A program made the translations under genes and the position numbers. Under the pieces are notes generated by a model, which was given only the letters and a program-made list of their open reading frames with translations, was not told the DNA's origin and searched no databases. From the NCBI GenBank assembly GCA_965243205.1, contig CBDEUK010000002.1:1088001-1152000 (forward strand): a stretch of DNA of 64,000 nt, given 5' to 3'. The stretch comes from Gammaproteobacteria bacterium. GTDB lineage: Bacteria > Pseudomonadota > Gammaproteobacteria > Eutrophobiales > Eutrophobiaceae. Below, piece by piece: positions 43,647 through 53,102 of this stretch; the first letter of the stretch is position 1, and each line of letters starts with the position of its first letter.

Positions 43647-43704
43647 GGGTATTACTCCTATAGAAATTAATTGCCATTAAGGCAGTGATTTAACTAAGAA
43701 GTAA

Positions 43705-43730
43705 TTCGTAAGTGGGACTAAAAAAGTGAC
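43705..43730 (-). promoter_or_regulatory. SigF/ECF16-type promoter
   Basis: GTCACT-N16-CGAA, compared with the Caulobacter sigmaF consensus GTAACC-N16-CGAA. Confidence 0.65.
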
Positions 43731-43786
43731 AAAAAAATTATTAAGATTATGTTACATATCCAAGCAATAAATAAATCCTAAAGTAA

Positions 43787-44188
43787 TTATTCCTTAGGCC
43801 TTACATATAAAACTAAACTATGTTCCTCTAGTTCATAGCCATGTTCATTAGCAATTTCGCGTTGTAAACGCTCAATTTCATCATTATGAAACTCAATGAC
43901 TTTGCCAGTTTTTAAGCACACCATATGATCATGATGCTCACCTTTGTTTAGCTCAAAAACTGAATGTCCTGAATCGAAATTATGGCGAATCACTAAGCCT
44001 GCTGCCTCGAACTGGGTTAAAACTCGGTATACCGTTGCCAAACCTACCTCTTCACCGGCATCCATAAGCAATTTGAATACATCTTCAGCGCTTAGATGCT
44101 TTTCGTTCGAATCTTCCAACATTTGTAAAATACGGATTCTTGGTAAAGTGGCTTTCAAACCAGCTTCTTTCAATTCGGCAGATTTCAT
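43787..44188 (-). CDS. fur: Ferric uptake regulator
   Basis: GLKATLPR, GLATVYRVLTQF, HHDHMVC; divergent from bamE. Confidence 0.97.
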   Translation of the reverse strand: MKSAELKEAGLKATLPRIRILQMLEDSNEKHLSAEDVFKLLMDAGEEVGLATVYRVLTQFEAAGLVIRHNFDSGHSVFELNKGEHHDHMVCLKTGKVIEFHNDEIERLQREIANEHGYELEEHSLVLYVRPKE

Positions 44189-44329
44189 AATAGCTCCTAA
44201 ATATTGGTCAATTAGACCTAGTCATCTTATTTTTGGCGATTATACTGAATCCGCATTTGAAAGTCCCTGCTGTCGCGAATTAGTTTTTAGGCTAGAATGT
44301 GTCGTTTATAGAATTTTGGAATTTTACCC

Positions 44330-45115
44330 TTGAAATTACGTTTTTTCCTTCTGTTGCCCTTAAGCACCTTAATCGCTTGCACCTCTATTGAACAAGGTCA
44401 TGTGAAACCCCCATTGGTCTATCGTATTGATATTCAACAAGGAAATGAAATCACCCAAACTATGCTCAATAAACTCCGTGTGGGCATGGATGAACGACAG
44501 GTAAAATTTATCATGGGGACACCATTACTGGTTGATCCATTTCACCCTGAGCGTTGGGAATATTTGTATTTTAATCAAGAAGGCGGGGACGATGCGGAAT
44601 CTAGGCACATTTCTTTATACTTTAAAGATAAAAAACTCTCGCATATCAAAGGCGATGTCAAAGTAACTTATTTACCTATACTGGATGATGAAAAAAATAC
44701 CGAAAAATCGGTCAATGTCCCTGAAAGTTATGGTTATCGTGGCTTATTAGATCGTTGGTTTGATAACAAACCAGACCTGAATAAAAAAACCAAAGAAAAA
44801 TTTGAATCGATCGTGAATGAAAACATCGAGTCCGAAAAAGCCATCGAAGAAGAAATTGAGACGATCGCTGACTCTAGTGAAGACTCAAACATTACATCTG
44901 ATCTCTCTCAGTCAGATATTATTAATGATGTCGATTCTGCTTTGGAAATAGAAGATACAAAGACTGATGATGTCATATCCAGTGAAGGCCCTGTTGATGG
45001 AGACTACTCATTAAAGCCTGAAGATGAAGAGAGTGGTTTCTTTTCCAAAATGTGGGATAAGATCACCAATGATGAACCTGATTACGAATTTCTTGAGCCA
45101 AAAACTCAAGAATAA
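44330..45115 (+). CDS. bamE: Outer membrane protein assembly factor BamE with long acidic tail
   Basis: Lipobox LIAC, YRIDIQQGN, GM...QV.F.MGTPLLVDPFH..RW.Y; fur-bamE synteny. Confidence 0.9.
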   Translation: MKLRFFLLLPLSTLIACTSIEQGHVKPPLVYRIDIQQGNEITQTMLNKLRVGMDERQVKFIMGTPLLVDPFHPERWEYLYFNQEGGDDAESRHISLYFKDKKLSHIKGDVKVTYLPILDDEKNTEKSVNVPESYGYRGLLDRWFDNKPDLNKKTKEKFESIVNENIESEKAIEEEIETIADSSEDSNITSDLSQSDIINDVDSALEIEDTKTDDVISSEGPVDGDYSLKPEDEESGFFSKMWDKITNDEPDYEFLEPKTQE

Positions 45116-45138
45116 TTTATCTAATTAATCATTATTAA

Positions 45139-46053
45139 TTATTCTGGTAAAGAGATTTTCCCCTCACTGATTATTACTGCTGGCCCACCTACTCTCAGTG
45201 TTAATATGTCTTCGCCTTTATGATCCATCTCTATATTCAACACACTCTTACGAGTGTTTTTTTGCCCGCGATCAATTGCGAACGTGTGAGTACCTTGTTT
45301 AATATGTTCGTGATCACAAAGATAGGCCGTAAAAGCAGGCATTGCTGAAGCGATTGGAGGGTCTTCTTTCAAACTAATTTCAGGACCTAATAAGCGTGCA
45401 TGAAAATTCGAATATGCAATATCGCTTTCTTTGGTAAACAATAATATTTCTTTCGCCATACACATTGAAGCAATGCTTTGACTCCATGTTACATAATTAA
45501 ATTTCGCTTTTCGCACTGCTTGATAACTCTTCATCGGTACTATCAAATAAGCTTGATCGGTATACACCATTCGAGCCTTAAAATTTGAGTTATCTAAATC
45601 TTCTTCCTTGAGTGATAACGTTGAAGCAATATCTTTATCAACAGGCACGAAGCGATCGATTGTCGGTTTAGTTTGTCTGGAAAATTGAACTAAGGTTGCT
45701 TTGCCATCTTGTTGACTAATATTTGCTTCAATCACACCAATATTTTGTTCTAACGTTAATGGTGTATGGGGTTCTTGCAAAGTCAGTTCACCTTCTGCAA
45801 CTAATGCATAGCCAACAGCTATTATCGGATGACCTGCAAAATCAATTTCCGAATACGGAGTAAAAATTCGCATGCGTCTTTTCCCAGAACTATCTGCAGA
45901 AAATACAAACGCGGTTTCTGAAAGATTCAGCTCTCGAGCAAGTAATTGCATTTGAGTTTTTTCTAAACCATCTGCTTGAGGAAAAACAGCTATTTGTGCA
46001 CCATCAAATGCGTTTTCAGTAAATACATCGATTATATAATAGTTAAGTTGCAC
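45139..46053 (-). CDS. PhzF-family isomerase
   Basis: DVFT, ELNLSETAF, RIFTP..EIDFAGHP, EDP. Confidence 0.88.
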   Translation of the reverse strand: MQLNYYIIDVFTENAFDGAQIAVFPQADGLEKTQMQLLARELNLSETAFVFSADSSGKRRMRIFTPYSEIDFAGHPIIAVGYALVAEGELTLQEPHTPLTLEQNIGVIEANISQQDGKATLVQFSRQTKPTIDRFVPVDKDIASTLSLKEEDLDNSNFKARMVYTDQAYLIVPMKSYQAVRKAKFNYVTWSQSIASMCMAKEILLFTKESDIAYSNFHARLLGPEISLKEDPPIASAMPAFTAYLCDHEHIKQGTHTFAIDRGQKNTRKSVLNIEMDHKGEDILTLRVGGPAVIISEGKISLPE

Positions 46054-46075
46054 GGTTTTTTTCCAATTATTCTTA

Positions 46076-48748
46076 TTAAACTATAACTTCACATTTACTC
46101 ATTAAACATTTTAATTCTGGTTTACAACTACCACAATTGGTTCCAGCTTTTAATTCTTTACCAATAGCTTCTACATTTTCTGGATGATATGCATTAATAA
46201 AATCAATAATGGCATTTTCACCCACATTAAAACATGAGCAAACAATAGGGCCTGGATCAGGAATATCTGCTCCGGACGTTGCTACAACTAACTTCGCACG
46301 TTGTTCTTGCTCGATTGATAATTCCGTAAACTGTTCAGTTAACCATTCGCGTGGTGGTAAATTTTTATACTCTAATGAAGCAAAGATACAACCCTGCATT
46401 CCAGTTTGATCAAACCAAAAATAACGAGTTGAATCATTTAATTCATCGTTATATTCAATCCATTCATATTCATTATTACCAAGTAATGATTTAAACCAAT
46501 CTAAATCATAAATCGTTATATCAGAAAACTCATAGCGCCAGTTATCTTGCTCACGTAATTTAGACCAATAAGCCATTTCACTTATATCAAGTTCTTCACG
46601 TGCTAAGATAAAACCAAACCATTTATGTTCTATTGGTTTTATATTCACTGGTGTGTGTTTAAATTCTGGTTGGCCTGAAATCGGATCGACATGCGGGTTT
46701 ACCACCGCATCTACGCGAGCTTTTGCTGAAAACTGATTATTCCAATGCAGTGGTATAAACACTTCACCAACACGTTGGCGCTCTGTAACATCCGCTCGGA
46801 CAATCACTGTGCCCCATTGACTATTAATCTCTACCAAACCTTCGTGTTCAATATTAAATTCTTTAGCGGTAGTTGGATGACATTGAATAAATGGTTCTTT
46901 AATGTGTCGGGACAAACGTTGTGATTTACCAGTACGATTCATGGTATGCCAATGATCACGGACTCGACCCGTATTCAAAATCAAAGGATATTCATCATTT
47001 AATGTTTCAACAGGTAATCTTGGTTCAATAGGAATAAATTTGGCTTTTTTATCTGGAGTATAAAATGTTCCGTCGGTAAATAAACGTTGTGTACCCTCTG
47101 GATTACTTTTCGTTACTGGCCATTGTATAGGCATTAACGCATCGTAAGCTTCGTTAGTAATATCGGATAGTCCGCTGATATCAAAATCACGTTGTCCTGT
47201 ATTTTCAAACCCTGAAAGTTCTGCATGTTCACGAAAGACATCTGCAGCGTTTTCATAATCAAAGCCTTTAGAAAAACCCATGCGCTTAGCAACTTCTGCG
47301 ACTAACCACCAATCAGGTTTTGCATCACCCATTGGCGTTAGGAATGTTCGTTGTCTGGAAATACGTCGTTCTGAATTGGTGACGGTGCCTGATTTTTCCG
47401 CCCATGCATGTGCAGGTAATAAGATATCAGCATACTCTGTACTATCTGTTTCTTTAATGCATTCAGAGACGACGACTAAATCGCATTTTTTTATCGCTGC
47501 TTTTACTAAATCCGCATTGGGAATACTTACTGCAGGATTCGTTGCCATAATCCACACAGCTTTAACTTTACCTGCATGTACATCATTGAATAAATCGACG
47601 GCTTTTAAACCAGGTTGTTTTGCAATCGTTGGTGAATTCCAAAAACGTTGTACGCAATCGGTATCTGATTCAGAAAAATCCATATGTGCAGCCAGAGTAC
47701 TGGCTAAACCACCAACTTCGCGCCCACCCATCGCATTGGGTTGACCCGTAATAGAAAACGCACCCATACCAGGTTTACCAATCTTGCCAGAAGCTAAGTG
47801 TGCATTAATGATACTATTAACTTTATCAACACCACTTGACGATTGATTAATTCCCATTGAAAAGAAACTAATCACTTTTTCAGTTTTAGTGAACAACTCA
47901 TAAAAACGTTTTATAAGTTCGACATCTATTTCACAAACATTAGCAACCATTTCAATATCAGGTGCAGTTTGTTTAGCTATTTTTATAGCTTCAGCAAAAC
48001 CATTGGTATTCGTTTCGATATAATCTTTATCTAAATAATCATTGTCAGATAGATAAGACAATAGCCCATTATAGAGAACAGCATCTGTTCCAGGTTTAAT
48101 CGGTAGATGTTCATTTGCTGTATCACAAGAGCTTGTACGTCTTGGGTCAACAATCCATAATTGTAAATCTCGTTCTTGTCTTATCGCTTCAATACGTTGA
48201 AATAATACAGGATGACACCATGCTGGATTAGAACCTATCGCAATAATAACATCAGCTTGTTCTAAATCTTCATAACATAAACCGACAGCATCATTACCAA
48301 AAGCACGCTTGTGCCCTGCTACTGCTGAAGACATGCATAAACGTGAGTTTGTATCAATGTTTGCGCTGCCGATATAACCTTTCATGAGTTTATTAGCAAC
48401 GTAATAATCTTCCGTGAGGAGTTGGCCTGAAACATAAAAAGCAACGGCATCTGGACCATGTTCTTTAATAACATCACTAAAACCTTTTGCAACAGCGTCT
48501 AATGCATCATCAAGCCCAACATCTTCTTTATTAATAGAAGCTTTTAACAGTCGATGTTCAGAACTAACCGTTTCACCTAAGGCAGAACCTTTAGAACATA
48601 AACGTCCTAAATTTGCGGGATGGTTTTTATCACCTTCAACTGTAACCTGTCCATTAGCATCTTTCGTTGCAATAACACCGCAACCAACACCACAGTATGG
48701 GCATGTAGTTTTTACTTGTTGTGGAATATGTGATTCAGATGCAGTCAT
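46076..48748 (-). CDS. nasA: Assimilatory nitrate reductase catalytic subunit
   Basis: CPYCGVGC [4Fe-4S] site, NSRLCMSSA, GQPNAMGGRE, LNTGR..HWHT, C-terminal BFD-like CSC...CGSC. Confidence 0.95.
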   Translation of the reverse strand: MTASESHIPQQVKTTCPYCGVGCGVIATKDANGQVTVEGDKNHPANLGRLCSKGSALGETVSSEHRLLKASINKEDVGLDDALDAVAKGFSDVIKEHGPDAVAFYVSGQLLTEDYYVANKLMKGYIGSANIDTNSRLCMSSAVAGHKRAFGNDAVGLCYEDLEQADVIIAIGSNPAWCHPVLFQRIEAIRQERDLQLWIVDPRRTSSCDTANEHLPIKPGTDAVLYNGLLSYLSDNDYLDKDYIETNTNGFAEAIKIAKQTAPDIEMVANVCEIDVELIKRFYELFTKTEKVISFFSMGINQSSSGVDKVNSIINAHLASGKIGKPGMGAFSITGQPNAMGGREVGGLASTLAAHMDFSESDTDCVQRFWNSPTIAKQPGLKAVDLFNDVHAGKVKAVWIMATNPAVSIPNADLVKAAIKKCDLVVVSECIKETDSTEYADILLPAHAWAEKSGTVTNSERRISRQRTFLTPMGDAKPDWWLVAEVAKRMGFSKGFDYENAADVFREHAELSGFENTGQRDFDISGLSDITNEAYDALMPIQWPVTKSNPEGTQRLFTDGTFYTPDKKAKFIPIEPRLPVETLNDEYPLILNTGRVRDHWHTMNRTGKSQRLSRHIKEPFIQCHPTTAKEFNIEHEGLVEINSQWGTVIVRADVTERQRVGEVFIPLHWNNQFSAKARVDAVVNPHVDPISGQPEFKHTPVNIKPIEHKWFGFILAREELDISEMAYWSKLREQDNWRYEFSDITIYDLDWFKSLLGNNEYEWIEYNDELNDSTRYFWFDQTGMQGCIFASLEYKNLPPREWLTEQFTELSIEQEQRAKLVVATSGADIPDPGPIVCSCFNVGENAIIDFINAYHPENVEAIGKELKAGTNCGSCKPELKCLMSKCEVIV

Positions 48749-48750
48749 TA

Positions 48751-50004
48751 TTAAGCGGCTTGCGATTGTGATTCATCTGATGTTTCTTGAGGTATGTAAT
48801 CTGAACCAAACATGATAAAAGATTTATAAGGTGTGATATCTTCTTGCGATTGTATTAACTCTTGATACCAAAGAGATGAATTAATATCACCATATAACAA
48901 TGCACCGATGAGTAGATTTTCTTTAAACACTAATTTTCGATAAATGCCTTTTGCATCGTCATTTAAAGTGATTACTTTACACTGATCATCTTCAAGAAAT
49001 TGTCCTGCTGAAAATAAACTCACGCCAGTTACTTTTAAACCTGTTGCAGTAACTGAACCTTCATAACTTACATTTGTATTTGCACAAATATTTTTCGCGC
49101 AAATTTCCGCTTGTTCATACAATGGAGCCACTAAGCCATAGCATGTATCTCTATGCTGAACGCATTCACCTAAGGCATAAATATTTGGATCAGAAGTTTG
49201 CAAATAGTCATTGACTAAAATCCCACGTTCACATTCTAGTTCCGTAGATTGAGCTAATGAGATATTTGGTCTTATACCAACAGTCATTACCACAAGATCT
49301 GTTTCTAATACTGTTCCATCACTTAATTCTAACGATTCAACATGATCGTTTTTTCCATTGATCGATTTTGTATTCGCTTCTGTTAGAATTTTTATGCCTT
49401 TATCTTCAAGCGATCTAATTAGCATATTGGAAGCTGTAGCATCCAATTGATTTTCCATTAGAACAGGGCCAAGGTGTAATACCGTAACATTCATGCCTTG
49501 AGTCTTTAAACCATACGCCGCTTCAAGTCCTAATAGGCCGCCACCGATCACTACCGCATTGGATTTAGATTGAGCCGTTTCCATCATGGCATCAACATCC
49601 TCAATGGTGCGATAAGTTAAAACACTATTTAAATCAAAACCTGGAATGGGTGGGACGAAAGGATTCGAGCCTGTGGCAATAATGAGTTTATCGTAGTTGT
49701 AAGATCGGTTTTCATGATCAGTAACGAATTGCTTTTCACGATCAATCTCAATAATGGTTTTACCTGTCAGTAATGTAATATTATTTTTTTCATACCATTC
49801 AACTGGATGAGTAATAATATCTTCTAACGTTTGTTCTCCCGATAGTAAGGGTGACAATAAAATACGGTTGTATCCACCATGTGATTCACTACCAAACACT
49901 GTAATGTCATAAGGGTGGTTTTCTTGGTCTATTAGATGTTCTAAAAAACGAACACCAGCCATTCCATTGCCTATTAAAATCAGTTTTTGTTTGTCGTGTG
50001 ACAT
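48751..50004 (-). CDS. NADH/FAD-dependent diaphorase subunit of nitrate reductase (Klebsiella NasC-like)
   Basis: IGNGMAG, YNRILLS, GGGLLGLEAA, YGLVAP; NirB N-terminal half without the siroheme domain. Confidence 0.85.
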   Translation of the reverse strand: MSHDKQKLILIGNGMAGVRFLEHLIDQENHPYDITVFGSESHGGYNRILLSPLLSGEQTLEDIITHPVEWYEKNNITLLTGKTIIEIDREKQFVTDHENRSYNYDKLIIATGSNPFVPPIPGFDLNSVLTYRTIEDVDAMMETAQSKSNAVVIGGGLLGLEAAYGLKTQGMNVTVLHLGPVLMENQLDATASNMLIRSLEDKGIKILTEANTKSINGKNDHVESLELSDGTVLETDLVVMTVGIRPNISLAQSTELECERGILVNDYLQTSDPNIYALGECVQHRDTCYGLVAPLYEQAEICAKNICANTNVSYEGSVTATGLKVTGVSLFSAGQFLEDDQCKVITLNDDAKGIYRKLVFKENLLIGALLYGDINSSLWYQELIQSQEDITPYKSFIMFGSDYIPQETSDESQSQAA

Positions 50005-50012
50005 ATCAAAAA

Positions 50013-50366
50013 CTATTCCGAGATTTGAATCATGCCATCAATGACTCTGACTTGGTAAACAGGGAGCTTTACCGCTTCATCTTCAAGACATTGTCCATCC
50101 GCTAAATTGAAATGTTGTTTATAGATAGGCGATGCTACAACCGCTTGCCCTTTTAAATCACCACAGATACCGCGTGATATCACATTAGCATCACTGAACG
50201 GATCGTAGTTATCTATGGCGTAGATATCACCGTTATCATGTTTAAAAATTGCTACTTGATGTTCACCCAATAAGGCACATACACCAATGTTCTTAACTAA
50301 TTCGCTTTCCGGTAAAACCTCTAGCCAATCAGCTTCTACAAGATTTGCACTTGCTTCGCTCATCAT
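50013..50366 (-). CDS. nirD: Nitrite reductase (NADH) small subunit
   Basis: NYDPFSDANVISRG, ASPIYKQHF. Confidence 0.95.
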   Translation of the reverse strand: MMSEASANLVEADWLEVLPESELVKNIGVCALLGEHQVAIFKHDNGDIYAIDNYDPFSDANVISRGICGDLKGQAVVASPIYKQHFNLADGQCLEDEAVKLPVYQVRVIDGMIQISE

Positions 50367-50385
50367 AATTCAACCCTTAAATTAA

Positions 50386-52920
50386 CTATGCCGACTGGGC
50401 GTATTCTTTTTCTTCTTCTTTTGTTGCAGGACGTATTTGTTCACGTTCTTCAACAAAAATAACTTTATTATCTGTTTTATCGCTGTTTACAAAATGTCTG
50501 AAACGTTTCATTTTGACAGGATCCTCAATCGTTGTTTTCCATTCACATTGATATGTATCGACAATATGCTCCATTTCTTTTTCTAACTCTTCAGCAATAC
50601 CAAGACGATCGTTAATAATCACATCTTGTAAATATTCTAATCCGCCTTCCAAGTTATCCATCCATGTAGATGTGCGTTGTAATTTATCCGCCGTTCGAAT
50701 GTAAAACATATAAAAACGGTCAATGTATTTAACCAAAGTTTCATCATCTAAATCTGATGCGAATAAATCAGCATGACGCGGCTTCATGCCACCATTACCA
50801 CACACATATAAATTCCAACCTTTTTCCGTTGCAATCACACCAACATCTTTACTCTGAGCCTCAGCACATTCACGTGTACAACCTGAAACTGCCATTTTTA
50901 CTTTATGCGGTGTACGTAAACCTTTGTAACGATTTTCTAAATCTATTGCCATTTTCACACTGTCTTGTACGCCATAACGACACCAAGTACTGCCAACACA
51001 TGATTTAACGGTTCTTAAAGATTTTGCATATGCATGGCCTGATTCAAAGCCAGCATCGATTAACTCTTGCCAGATATGAGGAAGCTGATCAACTCGCGCA
51101 CCGAATAAATCAATACGCTGTCCACCAGTTATCTTGGTATATAAATTATATTTTTTAGCAACCTCACCAATTGCTATCAATGCTTCAGGTGTTAACTCAC
51201 CACCTGCTACACGAGGCACAACAGAATACGTACCATTCTTTTGCATATTTGCTAAGAAATGATCATTGGTATCCAATAAAGGCGCATGTTCATCCTTAAG
51301 AATGTAATCATTCCAACAAGATGCCAAGATAGAAGCAACTGCTGGCTTACAAACATCACATCCATGACCTGTACCATGACGAGCGATCAGTTCATCAAAC
51401 GTTTTTATCTTTTCTGAACGAATGATCATATATAAATCTTGGCGGGTATACGGAAAGTGTTCACAGATATCTGTATTGACTTCCACACCACGCTTTTCTA
51501 ATTCAGCATTTAATACTTGTCCAACCATGACCGCACAACCACCACAGGTTGTACCAGCTTTAGTACAATCTTTTAATTCACCTAAAGTTTGAATGCCTCC
51601 GTCTATGGCTTCGACCAAATCGCCTTTGCTCACCATGTTACAAGAACAAATCACAGCGCTTTCTGGTAAAGCATCAACACCTAACCCTATAGATGCGCTG
51701 CCTTCACGTTGAGGAAGAATCAAATCATCTGGATGTTCAGGCAATTCCATCGCATTTAAAGAAAATTGCAGCAAATTATTATAATCGTCTGCATCACCTA
51801 TCAGTACAGCACCGAGAAGTAACTTTTTATCTTCACTGACGATGATTTTTTTATAAACTTCATTTACTTCATCGGTGAATGAGTAAGACATTGAACCTTC
51901 AGTATTGCCATGAGCATCGCCGATACTACAAACATCAACACCTAGTAATTTTAATTTGGTGCTCATATCAGCACCTTCAAATGATGAACCTTCTTTACCA
52001 CATAATTGATCAGCAACAACTGATGCCATGTTATAACCAGGTGCGACTAAACCAAAAATTTGCTGATTCCATAAAGCACACTCACCTATGGCATAAATAT
52101 CATCATCAGATGTTTTACAATCATTGTTAATAACAATACCGCCACGTTGACCAATTTCTAAATCACAATCACGTGCTATTTCATCTCGAGGACGTATGCC
52201 TGCAGAAAAAACGATAACGTCTGTTTCTAATTCATCACCATCAGCAAACACCATTTTATGTTTATGATTTTCACCATCAATAATCTCTGTGGTATTTTTA
52301 GAGGTATGAACTTTAACGTCTAACGCTTCGATCTTACGGCTTAGCATTGAACCGCCTGCATCATCTAATTGAACAGCCATTAAACGTGGAGCGAATTCAA
52401 CAACATGTGTATCTAAACCTAAATTCTTTATTGCATTGGCGCACTCAAGTCCTAATAAACCACCACCAACAACAACACCAACACCACCTTCTTTACCTGC
52501 TGCGGTAATTTGTTCTAAGTCTTCTATAGTTCGATAAACTAAACAGTTATTTCTATCATGTCCTGGAACAGGTGGAACGAAAGGATAAGAACCCGTTGCT
52601 AATACTAGTTTGTCATAACCAATGGTTTCGCCTTTTTCAGAAATAACTTGTTTATTCTCACGATCAATTTTGATGGCTTTATCACCAAGATGAACAGTGA
52701 TGTTATTGTTTTCAAAAAAACCTTCCTTAACCATTGAGAGTTCTTCAGCGGTCTTACCTGAAAAATATTCTGATAAGTGCACTCGATCATATGCAGGACG
52801 CGGTTCTTCGCAAAAGGTAATGATATTGTATTGGTCTTGAGCATTTCGTTCGGTTAGATATTCAAGAAAGGTATGACCAACCATACCGTTACCAATAACG
52901 ACTAAATTTTGTTTATTCAT
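50386..52920 (-). CDS. nirB: Nitrite reductase (NADH) large subunit
   Basis: GNGMVG, two BFD-like Cys clusters, siroheme ligands KSCVGSTWC and SGCTREC. Confidence 0.97.
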   Translation of the reverse strand: MNKQNLVVIGNGMVGHTFLEYLTERNAQDQYNIITFCEEPRPAYDRVHLSEYFSGKTAEELSMVKEGFFENNNITVHLGDKAIKIDRENKQVISEKGETIGYDKLVLATGSYPFVPPVPGHDRNNCLVYRTIEDLEQITAAGKEGGVGVVVGGGLLGLECANAIKNLGLDTHVVEFAPRLMAVQLDDAGGSMLSRKIEALDVKVHTSKNTTEIIDGENHKHKMVFADGDELETDVIVFSAGIRPRDEIARDCDLEIGQRGGIVINNDCKTSDDDIYAIGECALWNQQIFGLVAPGYNMASVVADQLCGKEGSSFEGADMSTKLKLLGVDVCSIGDAHGNTEGSMSYSFTDEVNEVYKKIIVSEDKKLLLGAVLIGDADDYNNLLQFSLNAMELPEHPDDLILPQREGSASIGLGVDALPESAVICSCNMVSKGDLVEAIDGGIQTLGELKDCTKAGTTCGGCAVMVGQVLNAELEKRGVEVNTDICEHFPYTRQDLYMIIRSEKIKTFDELIARHGTGHGCDVCKPAVASILASCWNDYILKDEHAPLLDTNDHFLANMQKNGTYSVVPRVAGGELTPEALIAIGEVAKKYNLYTKITGGQRIDLFGARVDQLPHIWQELIDAGFESGHAYAKSLRTVKSCVGSTWCRYGVQDSVKMAIDLENRYKGLRTPHKVKMAVSGCTRECAEAQSKDVGVIATEKGWNLYVCGNGGMKPRHADLFASDLDDETLVKYIDRFYMFYIRTADKLQRTSTWMDNLEGGLEYLQDVIINDRLGIAEELEKEMEHIVDTYQCEWKTTIEDPVKMKRFRHFVNSDKTDNKVIFVEEREQIRPATKEEEKEYAQSA

Positions 52921-52964
52921 GTAGTGAACTTCTTAAGAAATGTTATTACTTGAAGGTATAAATA

Positions 52965-53101
52965 GCAGAGAATGTGCCATAATCGAGCATCAACTTAACT
53001 CATTGAATTAATTATAAAAATATAATTATTTTTGCCTAAGCTGATTCATAAAATGCTTCATTGTTGAGCGTCAAAAAATGACTGCGCACTAAAAAAGAGC
53101 G
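52965..53101 (-). promoter_or_regulatory. Sigma54 promoter of nirB with two NtrC-like sites
   Basis: TGGCAC-ATTCT-CTGC (52979-52965); TGCTTCATTGTTGAGCG (53054-53070); CGCACTAAAAAAGAGCG (53085-53101). Confidence 0.78.
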
Positions 53102-53102
53102 T

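Noticed and set aside
48751-50004. Truncated nirB duplicate (pseudogene)
   Set aside because: Intact ORF whose size and position match the diaphorase subunit of assimilatory nitrate reductases.
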